Shown one piece after another: positions 10,101-20,000 of a stretch of 20,000 bases of DNA. The number at the start of each line of letters is the position of its first letter. The first letter of the stretch is position 1. The notes under the pieces were generated by a model. That model did not search any database. It had not been told where the DNA came from and saw only the letters and a list, made by a program, of their open reading frames with translations. The DNA lies in NCBI GenBank assembly GCA_000934665.2, contig KZ537969.1:245636-265635 (forward strand), written 5' to 3'. The stretch comes from Catajapyx aquilonaris. Its lineage: Eukaryota. The position numbers were made by a program, and so were the translations under genes.

Positions 10101-11246
10101 TCCCAACACCACTCATAAACAAGTAACGAAACTGTGGATCTGGCAACGACACAATTTTGTGTAAACAGATGTGTTTTCAAGTAATTTACCTTCCATTGTG
10201 GCCATTATCAGTTGCTTCCTACATCCTGCAGGCTCCTCTTAATTTACCCAAAGTCATCAAACTCTGAATCTGTGCCATGGCAAAGCAAAGCCACCCAAAT
10301 GTTAATTGGCAAACACTGGTGGCAGAGGACTAATGATGGTTATCAGACTAGTAATATCAGAGCGATAAGGAGGGTAAACATGGCAAGTGCATGGTGCACA
10401 TGCTTGATAAAAATAATAACATTTCCCTTCGTCAGCACAAGCATCAGGAACAACCACTAACCTGTGGGCATGCATCATCCTAATAATAATGAAGTTATTA
10501 AAATGTAATGAAACTATCGTAAAGGTCATCTTGCACTGTACTGTTGAAATGAACAATTAACAACATGACTTGAGAACGAGTTAAACCACTAAGCAGTATT
10601 TCACTGACTTTCTTAGACGTTATGTTCTTGAATTTTGGGAAATTTTAAAGTGCAATGTCGCATTATCGTGAAATCAAGGCATCAAAGCAGAAATTAAATC
10701 CATCACAGCCAACATTTGCCATGCACATGACAGCTTCTCAGCAGCAACATTCAAGTCCCAACTGCACCAGTAACATGCTACAGGCTTTCACTGTTAGTAA
10801 GTGAAAAGTGTATTGTACTGTACAAGTAGTATTGCTCACACTTGTCTGTCTCTATAAAGGATCAACCACTTCTTTTGGATTAACGATATCGATCATGTAG
10901 CTGGGCATAAGTGGTTAATAGGTCGCTGGCAAAGACTAAATATGTAACACAATGTAAAGTATTTAATACCATGCACCAAGTATGTTGTATGCTCACCTGC
11001 ATCGTCTATATTGGTGGCCCCTCCCATGGCACTAGACGTAGCAGACCTCTTACAGACTGAGTCAAGCTCCTCGTACAAGTCGTGGAAAGAGAGTGGGGTG
11101 GTGTTGGAGTTGAGCGCATCGTCCAACCGACCGGTGAGCCCGACCAGGTGGTACCCCGGGTTCTCGAAGCTGAGCAGGCCGTTCTCAAGCAGGACGTGGT
11201 CCACCTCCTCCGTGGTGGGATCTCCCCCTCCGCCGCTGTTGGCCAT
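7193..11246 (-). CDS. Fe65: Fe65 / amyloid-beta precursor protein-binding family B adaptor (WW + two PTB domains), ~679 aa (728 aa if upstream ATG 11393 is used), 3 coding exons
   Basis: Exons 11246(or 11393)-10997, 9102-7880, 7759-7193; GT-AG, phases 1 and 0 compatible. WW domain LPSGWERHEDQDGAYYWHIKSGTIQRELP; PTB1 RFAVRSLGWVEI..IRVWGVGRDNGKDFAYVARD..CHVFRCD; PTB2 [51 protein letters not shown]. The start codon choice is uncertain. Confidence 0.95.
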
Positions 11247-11729
11247 GACGTAGTGGTCTCGTAGCTGCTGCCTCAACTGGTGCTGGTGCCACAAGCGCAG
11301 ACCTAGCACAGCAGTGTAGAGCCCACTAGTTAAGGGTTGGCCACAGTGCGGGAAGCCCAAGCCCACAGGCCTCAGCAGTTCACCGCAGAGCATAGCATTG
11401 GGTAGGGTACCAGGGACCGAGGGGTTATCAGCCGGGTACGGAAACCAGGGTACAAGGGAGTAGTTCACAGACTGGTGGTGGCGGTGGGGGAGTGTTGGAG
11501 GGGCGGAAAATCCAACCCAGGGCCTACCAGGGTTTTAAGGGGATGGGCGATTGGCGGGATCGATCCGGCGTGATGTCATGGCTAGTCAGGGGGGAGGCCG
11601 ACACTCACGGCGCATGTTTCCCGTCATTTTGGCTCCGGTACCTGCTTATCCTAACCGGGCAGGGCCACACGCAACCCTTCACAGCTCACAGGGTCGCCTA
11701 ACCAGCAGGATACACCCTAGTCGTTCCAC

Positions 11730-11900
11730 CATATAAAAACAGGGTATGGCCCCTCAGGTAGATCCAGACGGATTCAAAATGGCGGACAGACCTGCGACAA
11801 GGAGGGGGAAGGAGGGGGGACGGAATGTGGGGAGGGGGTTCGAGGGAGGGAGGGAGGTGGGAGGTAGGGAGGGAGGAAGGAAATCAATATGGCGGCGCCC
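11730..11900. promoter_or_regulatory. Bidirectional Fe65/DIS3 promoter with two YY1-type sites and a G-rich polypurine tract
   Basis: TATAAAA 11732-11738; CAAAATGGCGG 11775-11785; CAATATGGCGG 11885-11895; GGA/GGGA-rich tract about 11799-11883. Lies between divergent gene starts. Confidence 0.65.
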
Positions 11901-11941
11901 ACGAGTCTAGTGCGAGCGGTGCTTTAGAAATTGAGGCTGGG

Positions 11942-14900
11942 ATGCTCACTCACAAGACATTCGTTAGGAAGACCAAGCGAGGGAAGATACTCAAGGTACT
12001 GTCGGGGGCACATTGTTGCGCATTGTTGGTTCCGAAAATTCGACTCGAATTTTCTTGAGAGAGCGAAATAAGTAAGCGGTGTTGAAACTGCCGGCCGGAA
12101 GTAACATAGCTGCTGATGAGCCTTGGATGGAGCTATTAGCTACAGAATTCAGGTCACCAGGAAGTACTGGCGGTACCCGGTACGGGTTGGAAACAATTTG
12201 ATTTTTGCAATTACCGGCAATGTTAAACCTGAGGTTGTGTAAATATTTTAGCCAACCTGCTGGATACATAACAACCTCAACATGCAATTCTAGCTAATAT
12301 TAGTAGCGGCTATTTTTTGTAGCCAATAGCGTCCACTTTAGACGACTGTGTCAAAACACGTGTCGAAACATTTTTGGAACGACGTCGGCGCCGCGACGTC
12401 TACATTGCCGCCCTCCCCAGTCCTACCCTACCCTACCCTACAATCCCACCCCCTATACTCACTGTAAGTCCTGAAGAAGAAAAAAAAAGGGCATGACTCA
12501 TGCAATCAATAAAAGGAGGGGTTTCCAACCACCCATCTCCCCTCCAACCCATTTACCCGCCCTCCCCCTTGGAAACATTGATGTCTTGCACACAATATTC
12601 TCAAGACGCACATTTCCGTGTCACGAGACTTCCCACTGCTTAACCATACCCTTTCGCAGTTTCGGGCCGGTTGGAAAACTGCTGCCACATAATAACGCAA
12701 CTTTAATGCATGCAACGTAGGATTTAATGGTGGCCTGTAGCCATATAACGACGCAATGAACAATGCGTTTACTCGTGTTGGGTTATGTAATGACACGTTC
12801 CTGGCGTTGAATTCTGTCAGTGCACACCTTAAGGATGTGTTACAAGCCATTAATACGGCCACAATAATTTACGTGCCACTTGGAATGACACATTATTTTA
12901 ATACGACATGTACTTTAAACAATATCAGATCAGCACATGTAAAGGTAATTTAGGATTGCAAATAGTGATATTTTAAAGGAAGAAGTTGAAGAGAATGATC
13001 TGCATTGCAGTCATGATGGCATTTGGAAGTGTCAAGAATTTTTCCCACTGGTCAAGCATTTATGAACTGCATTGGAATATTGTGAAATTCTGTAATATTT
13101 CTGGCAACTTATGCCACATTAATATTTCAGAGAAACTAATAAACATATGGAGAAACCATTGGATGCCTGCTTTTAACAAATCGGTTAAGCTGGTTAAAGT
13201 AACTACAACCAGGAATGATACATACTTCATTATTACTAGCCCAATTGATATACAAAATATACTAAAGGTTTGCAGGACCCAACAGATATCACAAACCTTT
13301 CAAAGAAGACTCATGAAATGCATGCAAATGAATATTTTATATGCTGCACATTATGTGCATGAAATTGACAACCGCCAGTTACTTGTATAGATTTTAATGT
13401 TCAATGTGCTCCATGTTAACCAATAGTCTTTGCAAGCTACCCAGCTATTATTGGAATGTTCTAATCATAATTTTAGTCCACAATTATTCGATGAAGTCAA
13501 TGAGACAGGCCATGCAAATGATGCATTGCAGCACCTAATGCGCTAATAAAATGGCAGCAGCTACTTTTAAAACCATGAATACACCGTCATGCGAAGGCTA
13601 TCGTATATTTGTATGATATATTTATCTCAAAGCAGAATATTGTATTGTTCTTGAAGTTGGTCAACCATGAAATTCTCTGCAAATTCAATGGTGATCTATA
13701 TTTTCATCATACCAGTTATTGATTGCAGCATAGTACTGTTTCACCATATTAGCTTTAAGAATGACTTTAAGAATGACAGTACATGCCAAAGCAAGGTTTT
13801 GCACCATAGTTACTCACCCAATCTTTTCCCCATGTCGTTTTTTTTTTTCCAACTGCACTTCCTCACCGGCACCAAATCATTTCAATGTCAATGCCACTCA
13901 TTCCAACTCCCAGGTGGTGAGAGAGCACTACCTTCGAGATGACCTGTGGTGTGGGTCTGAGTCCTGCCAGGCCTGCGAGTCAGAGCCTGAAGAGAGGACA
14001 CTGGAGAAATTCCCTGCGTCAGACAGCCAGCTGTGCAACTTCCCCCACTACCTCTTACTCGACACCAACGTCGTTTTAGACCAGGTTCGTGTGTGTGTCT
14101 GTATGTGTGAGGGAAGCAGACAGTGGGAGGAGAAATCAATATGAGGATTTTCAAGGGCATGAGTCACAGCTTTAAGAGGGATAGGGTTTTCTCAGTCCCA
14201 AGTGGGGAATTTTGGGCTGGTGTTAACCGGAATTCAGCTGGAGTCAAATCTTGTTGCATAACACCCAGAAACCTTGCAGGGTTTTGTGCAAAAATAAGTT
14301 CACTGTAGTGTAAGTATAGTGTTCATAAATTTTGTACAGTGAACCCCTTTTGTTGAGGTCCAGTGTCCTTTCTTGACCACTGTCACTGCATGCACTTAGA
14401 AAGTTTTCATGTGTATTTCTACTGAACGTTAGTTATTTTTAAAATATTATTGCATCAGTGGAGCTTCTGGTAATCATTGATAGCATTTCTTAATTATTAT
14501 TATATGCACGTTGTCAGAATAGGTGACTATTTTTCGCCAAGCTGAGTAGATTTCACACACTGCCACATTTTTCATATTAGCATGAACAATTGTTATTAAA
14601 ATTCAAAATAGTTGCATGCTAGATTTTGAAGGCTTTGTTGTATCTTTAAAATTTGTTTACAGATTGATGTCCTTGAATCTGATGCCTTCCGGAATGTTGT
14701 TGTACTCCAGACAGTTCTAGATGAAGTGCGTCACAAGAGTTCACCGGTTTACAAGAGACTGCGAGATATCATCTCAAATCCAAGCAGGAAGTTTTTCACT
14801 TTTATCAATGAGCACCACAAGTGAGTTTCATTCGTACAAGTTGCACCTTTCATGAATCGTACTTGAACCGAAGGTATTTTTTTTCTCTCTAAGGGACACG

Positions 14901-17900
14901 TATGTCGAGCGTGAGCCAGGCGAGAGCGTTAATGACAGGAATGATCGAGCCATCCGAAAAGCATGCCGATGGTACCAGGACCATCTGGCAGGGATTGGGA
15001 AGAAGAAGCAGCCTATCCGGATGGTTCTCCTGACTGATGACTTGGGTAACAGGCAGAAGGCTGAAGGAGAAGGCCTTGTTACTTTTGCAGGTAAGAATCA
15101 TATCCATAAGAAAGTGGTATTTTATGCTATGTAGATATTTCAAGCCACAGAATCTTTTTTTGGGAATACCTTGCGGAGCCTATCAAGTTCCAGAAATTTG
15201 TCTAGACAATATTTGACATAATAAATGAATATTCTCACACACAAAAATTAAGTAATCTAAACCTCATGCTTCTGCACTTGAATGTCTAGTTGCAGATTAC
15301 GTGAAGAGCCTGAAGTCCCAGCCTCTCCTGGCAGACAAGCTCTCAAAGCGTTCTTTTGAGAGTGAAGGTGTTGGCAAAACTGCTTTGTACCCGGAACATC
15401 TGTCACCTGTTGAGGTGCACCATGGGATTAAATCTGGGAAGCTACACCAAGGCACTTTCTATGCTTCCAGGTACAACTACCTGGAAGGTGAGGTGTCGGT
15501 TGAAGGAATTGAGAAGAGGGTAAGTTATCACGTGCATGTTATCAAGATATTTTGTTCAGTGTTTGGGCATTATAAAAATAGTGTGGTGTGTACTACAAGC
15601 CCACTCAACCTAGAAACATGAGGTTGGTTTAACCCTTTCATTCCTGAATTTTTTGGGCCGTTTCTTCTCTTTTTGAAAAAAATTTGTAGTAGGAGTGATA
15701 TAATGAAAAGCAATGTTCTTCAATATTTATCATTTTTACTCGTGGTGGTCCTTTGGAATGTAAAAATGCCGAAAACATTCCCCTACTGGGTGTTCCAGAA
15801 AAAAAATTTAAAGGCAATTAACTTTAAATGCAATTAAATTAATTTAAATTTTTTAAATCACTATAAAATTGTTACGATGGTTGCAAAATAATACTAAAAC
15901 ACTGCACTATGAGAAATTCCTAAGAGTCCAGACTTATGGGACACCCTGTAATTACGCGGCCGGGTGGGGGGTTGTTTACCTTTCAAGGGCGCGAGCAAAA
16001 TATAACAATCCGACTTTGTGGGTGCTGAGTCACCATCCACTAGATGCCACAAGAAGTTTGACCCACAAAGTTTGCCTTCTGCATGCGAACGCTTTGCCGC
16101 CAGATTAATTGTTGCCATATGGCTACAGTGGGAATGAAAGGGTTAAAATGTTCATGGGAACGTAGGACCATTCACAATAAATGCTGTACTTAACCTTCAG
16201 CTACCTCCATACACACTTGAACGCTACTTGACCCTATGCTCCTTATTATTGAAGGCTCTCCTCAGCATATCAACATTAGTAGTCCAGATTGCTGCACTGA
16301 GTATTTTGGACCAATGCAATGGTAGATGGCATCCTTTTAGAGGAAGAAAAAAAATCGAAAAAGTGAAACACAGGCTGCTGGAATCACTAAAAAATCATCA
16401 CGACGTTTGTCACAAGAAACTGGTTATTCTGTTTTTACCTGGCAAAAAGCCACAAATGGGGATAATTGAAGAGTTGTACTTACAACCATAAACCTCAACG
16501 TTAGAAGACTGGGAAAGCAACATCAGCGCACCAATCTGGACTGTTAATGTCGATATGCTGGAGGACCTTCGATAATTAGGAGATTCACGTATCTTTGCAT
16601 TCGAGTGCGTATAGAGGTCGCTGAAGGTCAAGTACGGCATTCATTGTGAATGGTGCTATATTACCATGAACTAAGGTACATTTTAAACCAAACCTCATGT
16701 TTCTAGGTTGAGCGGGAAGAAAAATGCAGCTGGTACTTTGGGGGGACTACATAGTGAAACACACGGTAGCTCTCAGGGTGACAGTCAGTATGCATGGGAA
16801 TTAATGTGAATGGTGCTTGTAATTGTTGCTTTTGTTTCAGTCATTTTAGGTAATGCTAAAGCATTTTCCCAACACCATTGTTAAAAGTGTGCAGTTGTGA
16901 AACATTTCACCTTGTAATCTTGTGTTCGTCAGCCTTGTGTTTGGTTTATATGAGGGATTGGATTCTAGGCCATACCTTTTTTTTAGGTATTACTGCAAGG
17001 TCGAGAGAATCTGAACCGTGCTGTGGATGGAGACACTATTGCGATTGAGTTGCTGCCTGAGAAAGAGTGGACTTCTCCTAGTGAAGTTGTCTTAGAGGAC
17101 AACGAATTTGATCCTGGTGACACGGTCACAAAGGATGAGGACATGTTGAAGCAGAGCAGCCGCTCCAAGAAGGCGAAGTCAGATGTACAGCCGACAGGGA
17201 AAGTGGCTGGAATAATCCGACGCAAATGGCGCCAGTATTGCGGCATTATACAAGAGAACCCAGTAGCTGGAGTGAGTATTCAATGCAGCAATTAAGCAGG
17301 AGAATAGGGTTGCTGAGAGGACATGTTGCGATGTTGGCCAGCACTTTGCATACCCCTGCTAGCAAATCAAGCACTTTTGCCGCAACCTTCAGGCTTTTTG
17401 TGCTGCTAATAAATTGAAACAATATTATCATTAGAATATGTCTGCAAGCAGGGCAAAATTTACTAAGGGCCAGTTGCACCGACCTCAGTATACCTTAGAA
17501 CCTCGGGTATAACAAGAATTGCCATAGCAATCATTGTTGGTCAATTCTTGTTATACCCGAGGTTCTAAGGTATACTGAGGTCGGTGCAACTGGCCCTTAG
17601 GGCAGGTTAACTCATTGATAGTAAATCCAGAACAGGTAGTTGACCTTTATTATTCTTTGTTGGTAATAATGTCTGAATAACAAGGAAGAACTGCATGAAC
17701 TGAATTTACCATCAGTCACACAGCCTAAGCATGTTGTTATTTCAGGTGGTATGTACTGAATCTGAAAACTTTTAAATAAATTAAACAGAATTTTATTTCC
17801 ATCATTGCTACCAGAAACTCATGACATGTATTGCAAATTTCTTGCGACAGGCATTTCGTCATCTGTTTGTTCCTGCTGAGAGGAAAATCCCAAAGATCAG

Positions 17901-18574
17901 GATTGAAACGAGACAGGCTCCAGTGCTAGCCAACCAGAGGATTATTGTGGCTATAGACTCTTGGCCGCGGAATTCAAGATATCCTATGGTGAGTGTGCTT
18001 CCTGGACTCTACAGGAGTCCATCGTCATGAGCTAATCATTTCAGTTCACATAAAATCTTCAAGATGCTGTTTCAGCATTTTCATTTTCATTATTTTGCAA
18101 AATATTAAAATCATTACTCTTCTAGTGTCCTCATGGGATTTCATGAAATTCTGAGCTCATCAATGACAATTTCTGTTTCAGTCGAGTACATTAGTCATTT
18201 GGATGTTGATTCAATTGATCCTTAGATTTCTTCTTCATTCCCACATGATAATGCCTCTGAAGGAGGCCCTCCACTTATGGTTACAGTTTAAAAATCTCGC
18301 ATTGATTTGATTGAATGCCATTTGTATAATTAGCCATTGGTTAATTACACTACGCAACATATTGCGGAATGCCTTTGTAAATGAGAGACTGCAACTGGCA
18401 TGAATTTGTACTTTTGCATCTTTACAGGGCCACTTTGTCAGAGCCTTGGGAAAAATTGGCGATAAGGACACTGAGAATGAGGTTCTTTTGTTGGAGCATG
18501 ATGTCCCACACAGCCAGTTTTCTGAAGCAGTTCTAGCATGCTTGCCTACGATGCCTTGGGGCATCACTGTTGAG
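11942..18574 (+). CDS. DIS3: Exosome complex exo/endoribonuclease RRP44/DIS3, exons 1-8 (460 codons; RNB domain lies beyond the window)
   Basis: Exons 11942-11995, 13914-14084, 14663-14820, 14894-15090, 15290-15519, 16987-17271, 17851-17988, 18428-18574; all GT-AG and in phase. Motifs: [30 protein letters not shown]3 cysteines [13 protein letters not shown] motifs [24 protein letters not shown] and LLTDD, cold-shock-domain segments NLNRAVDGD and [12 protein letters not shown], and [14 protein letters not shown]. Confidence 0.97.
12422..12441. repeat. (CCTAC)4 short tandem repeat
   Basis: cctaccctaccctaccctac in DIS3 intron 1. Confidence 0.7.
15600..16716. mobile_element. Non-autonomous DNA transposon with CCC...GGG ends, long imperfect TIRs and 3-bp TSD (AAG), interrupted by a nested element
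   Basis: Left end CCCACTCAACCTAGAAACATGAGGTTGGTTT matches the reverse complement of the right end (16685-16716). AAG flanks both sides (15597-15599, 16717-16719). Arm similarity continues between 16147-16300 and 16523-16684. About 603 bp without the nested insert. Confidence 0.85.
15633..16142. mobile_element. piggyBac-type MITE (510 bp)
   Basis: TTAA TSD at 15629-15632 and 16143-16146; 12-bp TIR CCCTTTCATTCC / GGAATGAAAGGG; no transposase ORF. Confidence 0.9.
17463..17600. mobile_element. Foldback MITE: perfect 59-bp inverted repeat with 20-nt loop (PIF/Harbinger/Tourist-like ends)
   Basis: 17463-17521 is the exact reverse complement of 17542-17600. Ends read TA-AGGGCCAGTTGCACC...GGTGCAACTGGCCCT-TA. 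Superfamily assignment is tentative. Confidence 0.85.
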
Positions 18575-19092
18575 GTGAGTAATCTTGAAATACTCGGTAT
18601 CTATTGAGGTCAAATTGCGGTCTGGGAACCGAATGACATCTGATATGCTTGTATGATGCAATTATGCGCTGAAATGTCTTACGTTGGTTAATGCTTGATG
18701 TCACTGACACACAGGCCTGCAAAGCTATCCAAAGTGTATAAATTTGCAGGTCTGGCAAAAAGTGGCAGGAGGATGAAAAACCAACCCCAGATTTTAAATC
18801 CGCCGAGCACCAACCACCTTCAACAATTATTTTATAAAACGTAACCAGAGCTTTGATTAATCTTTCACTGTGACTCATTAATCGAAAGTGCTGAATATTT
18901 AATTGCAAGATTATCTTAGCATTGCTGAATGAAACTCACCCACTCACCCACAGATTGAAAATTTAAAGGGGGGGGGGAGGGAGTACACATGCATGGGAGT
19001 CCCCTAATGTGTTAAGTAATCCTGGTGCTCCTTAACTTCCACCTCTGAATGAAAATGTAACACTTTTTTTTTTTGGCGTCCATGTTGCATGC

Positions 19093-19614
19093 TTATTGTG
19101 TGATAGGATGCAAGATCAGATCTACCCCACCTCTTGCTCCTCCTCCGTTACCTCCTGGAGCTGTTCCTAGTGGTGCTCCTGTAATTCTGATGTGCTGTGG
19201 ACCTGGGGTAAAGTGAGAGGTATTGACAGGATCCCTGCGATGTGCCATTGAGCCATAGGTAGCTCCGTGGTTGCCACCAATGACTGCCTCGTTCATGTGC
19301 ATCTCCATGAGAGATTGGAAAACATTCTGCATCTCCTGCTCTAGAGTGCTGTGGAGTGTGCTACTGCTGTCTTCAGCAGTTGAGGTCCCAGATGTCCGCT
19401 GTCGCCTGGGTACAGACAGTCCCTGCGTGGGTACCCTGAGGGTCAAGGGATTGGTGTTGGTACGTGGTGGCGGCAGAGGTGGTGGCACTGGAGCCGTGCT
19501 GGCATTGTTGCTGGGGAATCGGGCCACTGGCAAGTGGAAAATGTTGCGTGGCTCAGTTCCCAGGTGGCTGGGATTCAATGTCGCCAAGTTGTTGGGCACA
19601 GTTACTGTGGGAAT
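19093..19614 (-). CDS. Probable terminal coding exon of an unidentified antisense gene nested in DIS3 intron 8 (Pro/Ser/Thr/Gly-rich, likely disordered)
   Basis: Strong minus-strand acceptor CTCTCTTTCTCTTATTGCTGACAG (CAG = 19617-19615), followed in phase 0 by 173 sense codons (IPTVTVPNNLATLNP...GGVDLILHPITQ) and TAA at 19095-19093. The segment is visibly more GC-rich than its flanks. Confidence 0.7.
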   Translation of the reverse strand: MPTVTVPNNLATLNPSHLGTEPRNIFHLPVARFPSNNASTAPVPPPLPPPRTNTNPLTLRVPTQGLSVPRRQRTSGTSTAEDSSSTLHSTLEQEMQNVFQSLMEMHMNEAVIGGNHGATYGSMAHRRDPVNTSHFTPGPQHIRITGAPLGTAPGGNGGGARGGVDLILHPITQ

Positions 19615-20000
19615 CTGTCAGCAATAAGAGAAAGAGAGGTGTAACTAATTCTGAATCATTGGTTGTTGTGTATCCTGCTGATCAAATTGTGCAAATGCAA
19701 GTATACACATGGCTGTCCAAAAAGGAATTGCAGTATCTACAGTAGTTGATGCCATTGTTTTCTACGTGGTCACACAATGAAAGAGAGCATCATTTGGCAC
19801 AAAAAATGGCCCTACTTTCAAGTACTAGAATAATAGCCCAGTCATTTTAGGTTTTGACCCAAAAAAATATCGTGTAAAGCTGGAAATTGGTACAGAGGTA
19901 CTGTTCGACCCCCTGAACAAGACACTAAAAGTCCTGAGAAATCCGAAGACCGGAACATGGTTTTTAACAAGCATAAAGGTCCTAAGTGACAAAAACATCG

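Noticed and set aside
11472..11627. Upstream coding mini-exon for Fe65 (ATG 11627, donor at 11608, acceptor at 11472)
   Set aside because: The donor is phase 1 but the acceptor needs phase 0 for the Fe65 frame; at most a 5' UTR intron.
12330..13400. Possible decayed transposon or ORF 12986-13390 in DIS3 intron 1
   Set aside because: No TIR, TSD or transposase/RT motif found; the ORF is AT-rich with no splice support.
19271..19627. Plus-strand ORFs as possible further DIS3 exons
   Set aside because: No resemblance to the expected next DIS3 segment (RNB start with DPPGCxDIDD); splice signals favour the minus strand.
1..20000. tRNA, rRNA, snoRNA, CRISPR array or autonomous transposase
   Set aside because: None recognisable by eye. 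Intronic snoRNAs cannot be excluded without an Infernal/Rfam scan.

Overview
Gene-dense eukaryotic (metazoan, probably arthropod-like) genomic window with GT-AG spliced genes. Left to right: the 5' part of an unidentified minus-strand gene (6-362), head-to-head across a CCAAT/YY1/NRF1-type promoter with a 4-exon SEL1-repeat gene resembling DELE1 (+, 1001-2955); a complete 6-exon RFC3 (+, 3477-5065); a complete Fe65/APBB adaptor gene (WW-PTB-PTB; -, 7193-11246 or 11393), head-to-head with the first 8 exons of DIS3/RRP44 (+, 11942 to beyond 18574). DIS3 introns carry a piggyBac-type MITE inserted into the terminal inverted repeat of an older CCC..GGG DNA element, a perfect 59-bp-arm foldback MITE, and the apparent last coding exon of a nested antisense gene (19093-19614). 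Most interesting signals: a 69-codon in-frame extension behind the Fe65 TGA that is also promoter-like, three tandem RFX X-boxes about 1 kb upstream of RFC3, an APP-like FENPGY motif in the Fe65 N-terminus, and the nested gene. No prokaryote-type system (CRISPR etc.) is present. I cannot establish a wholly new biological system from sequence alone.
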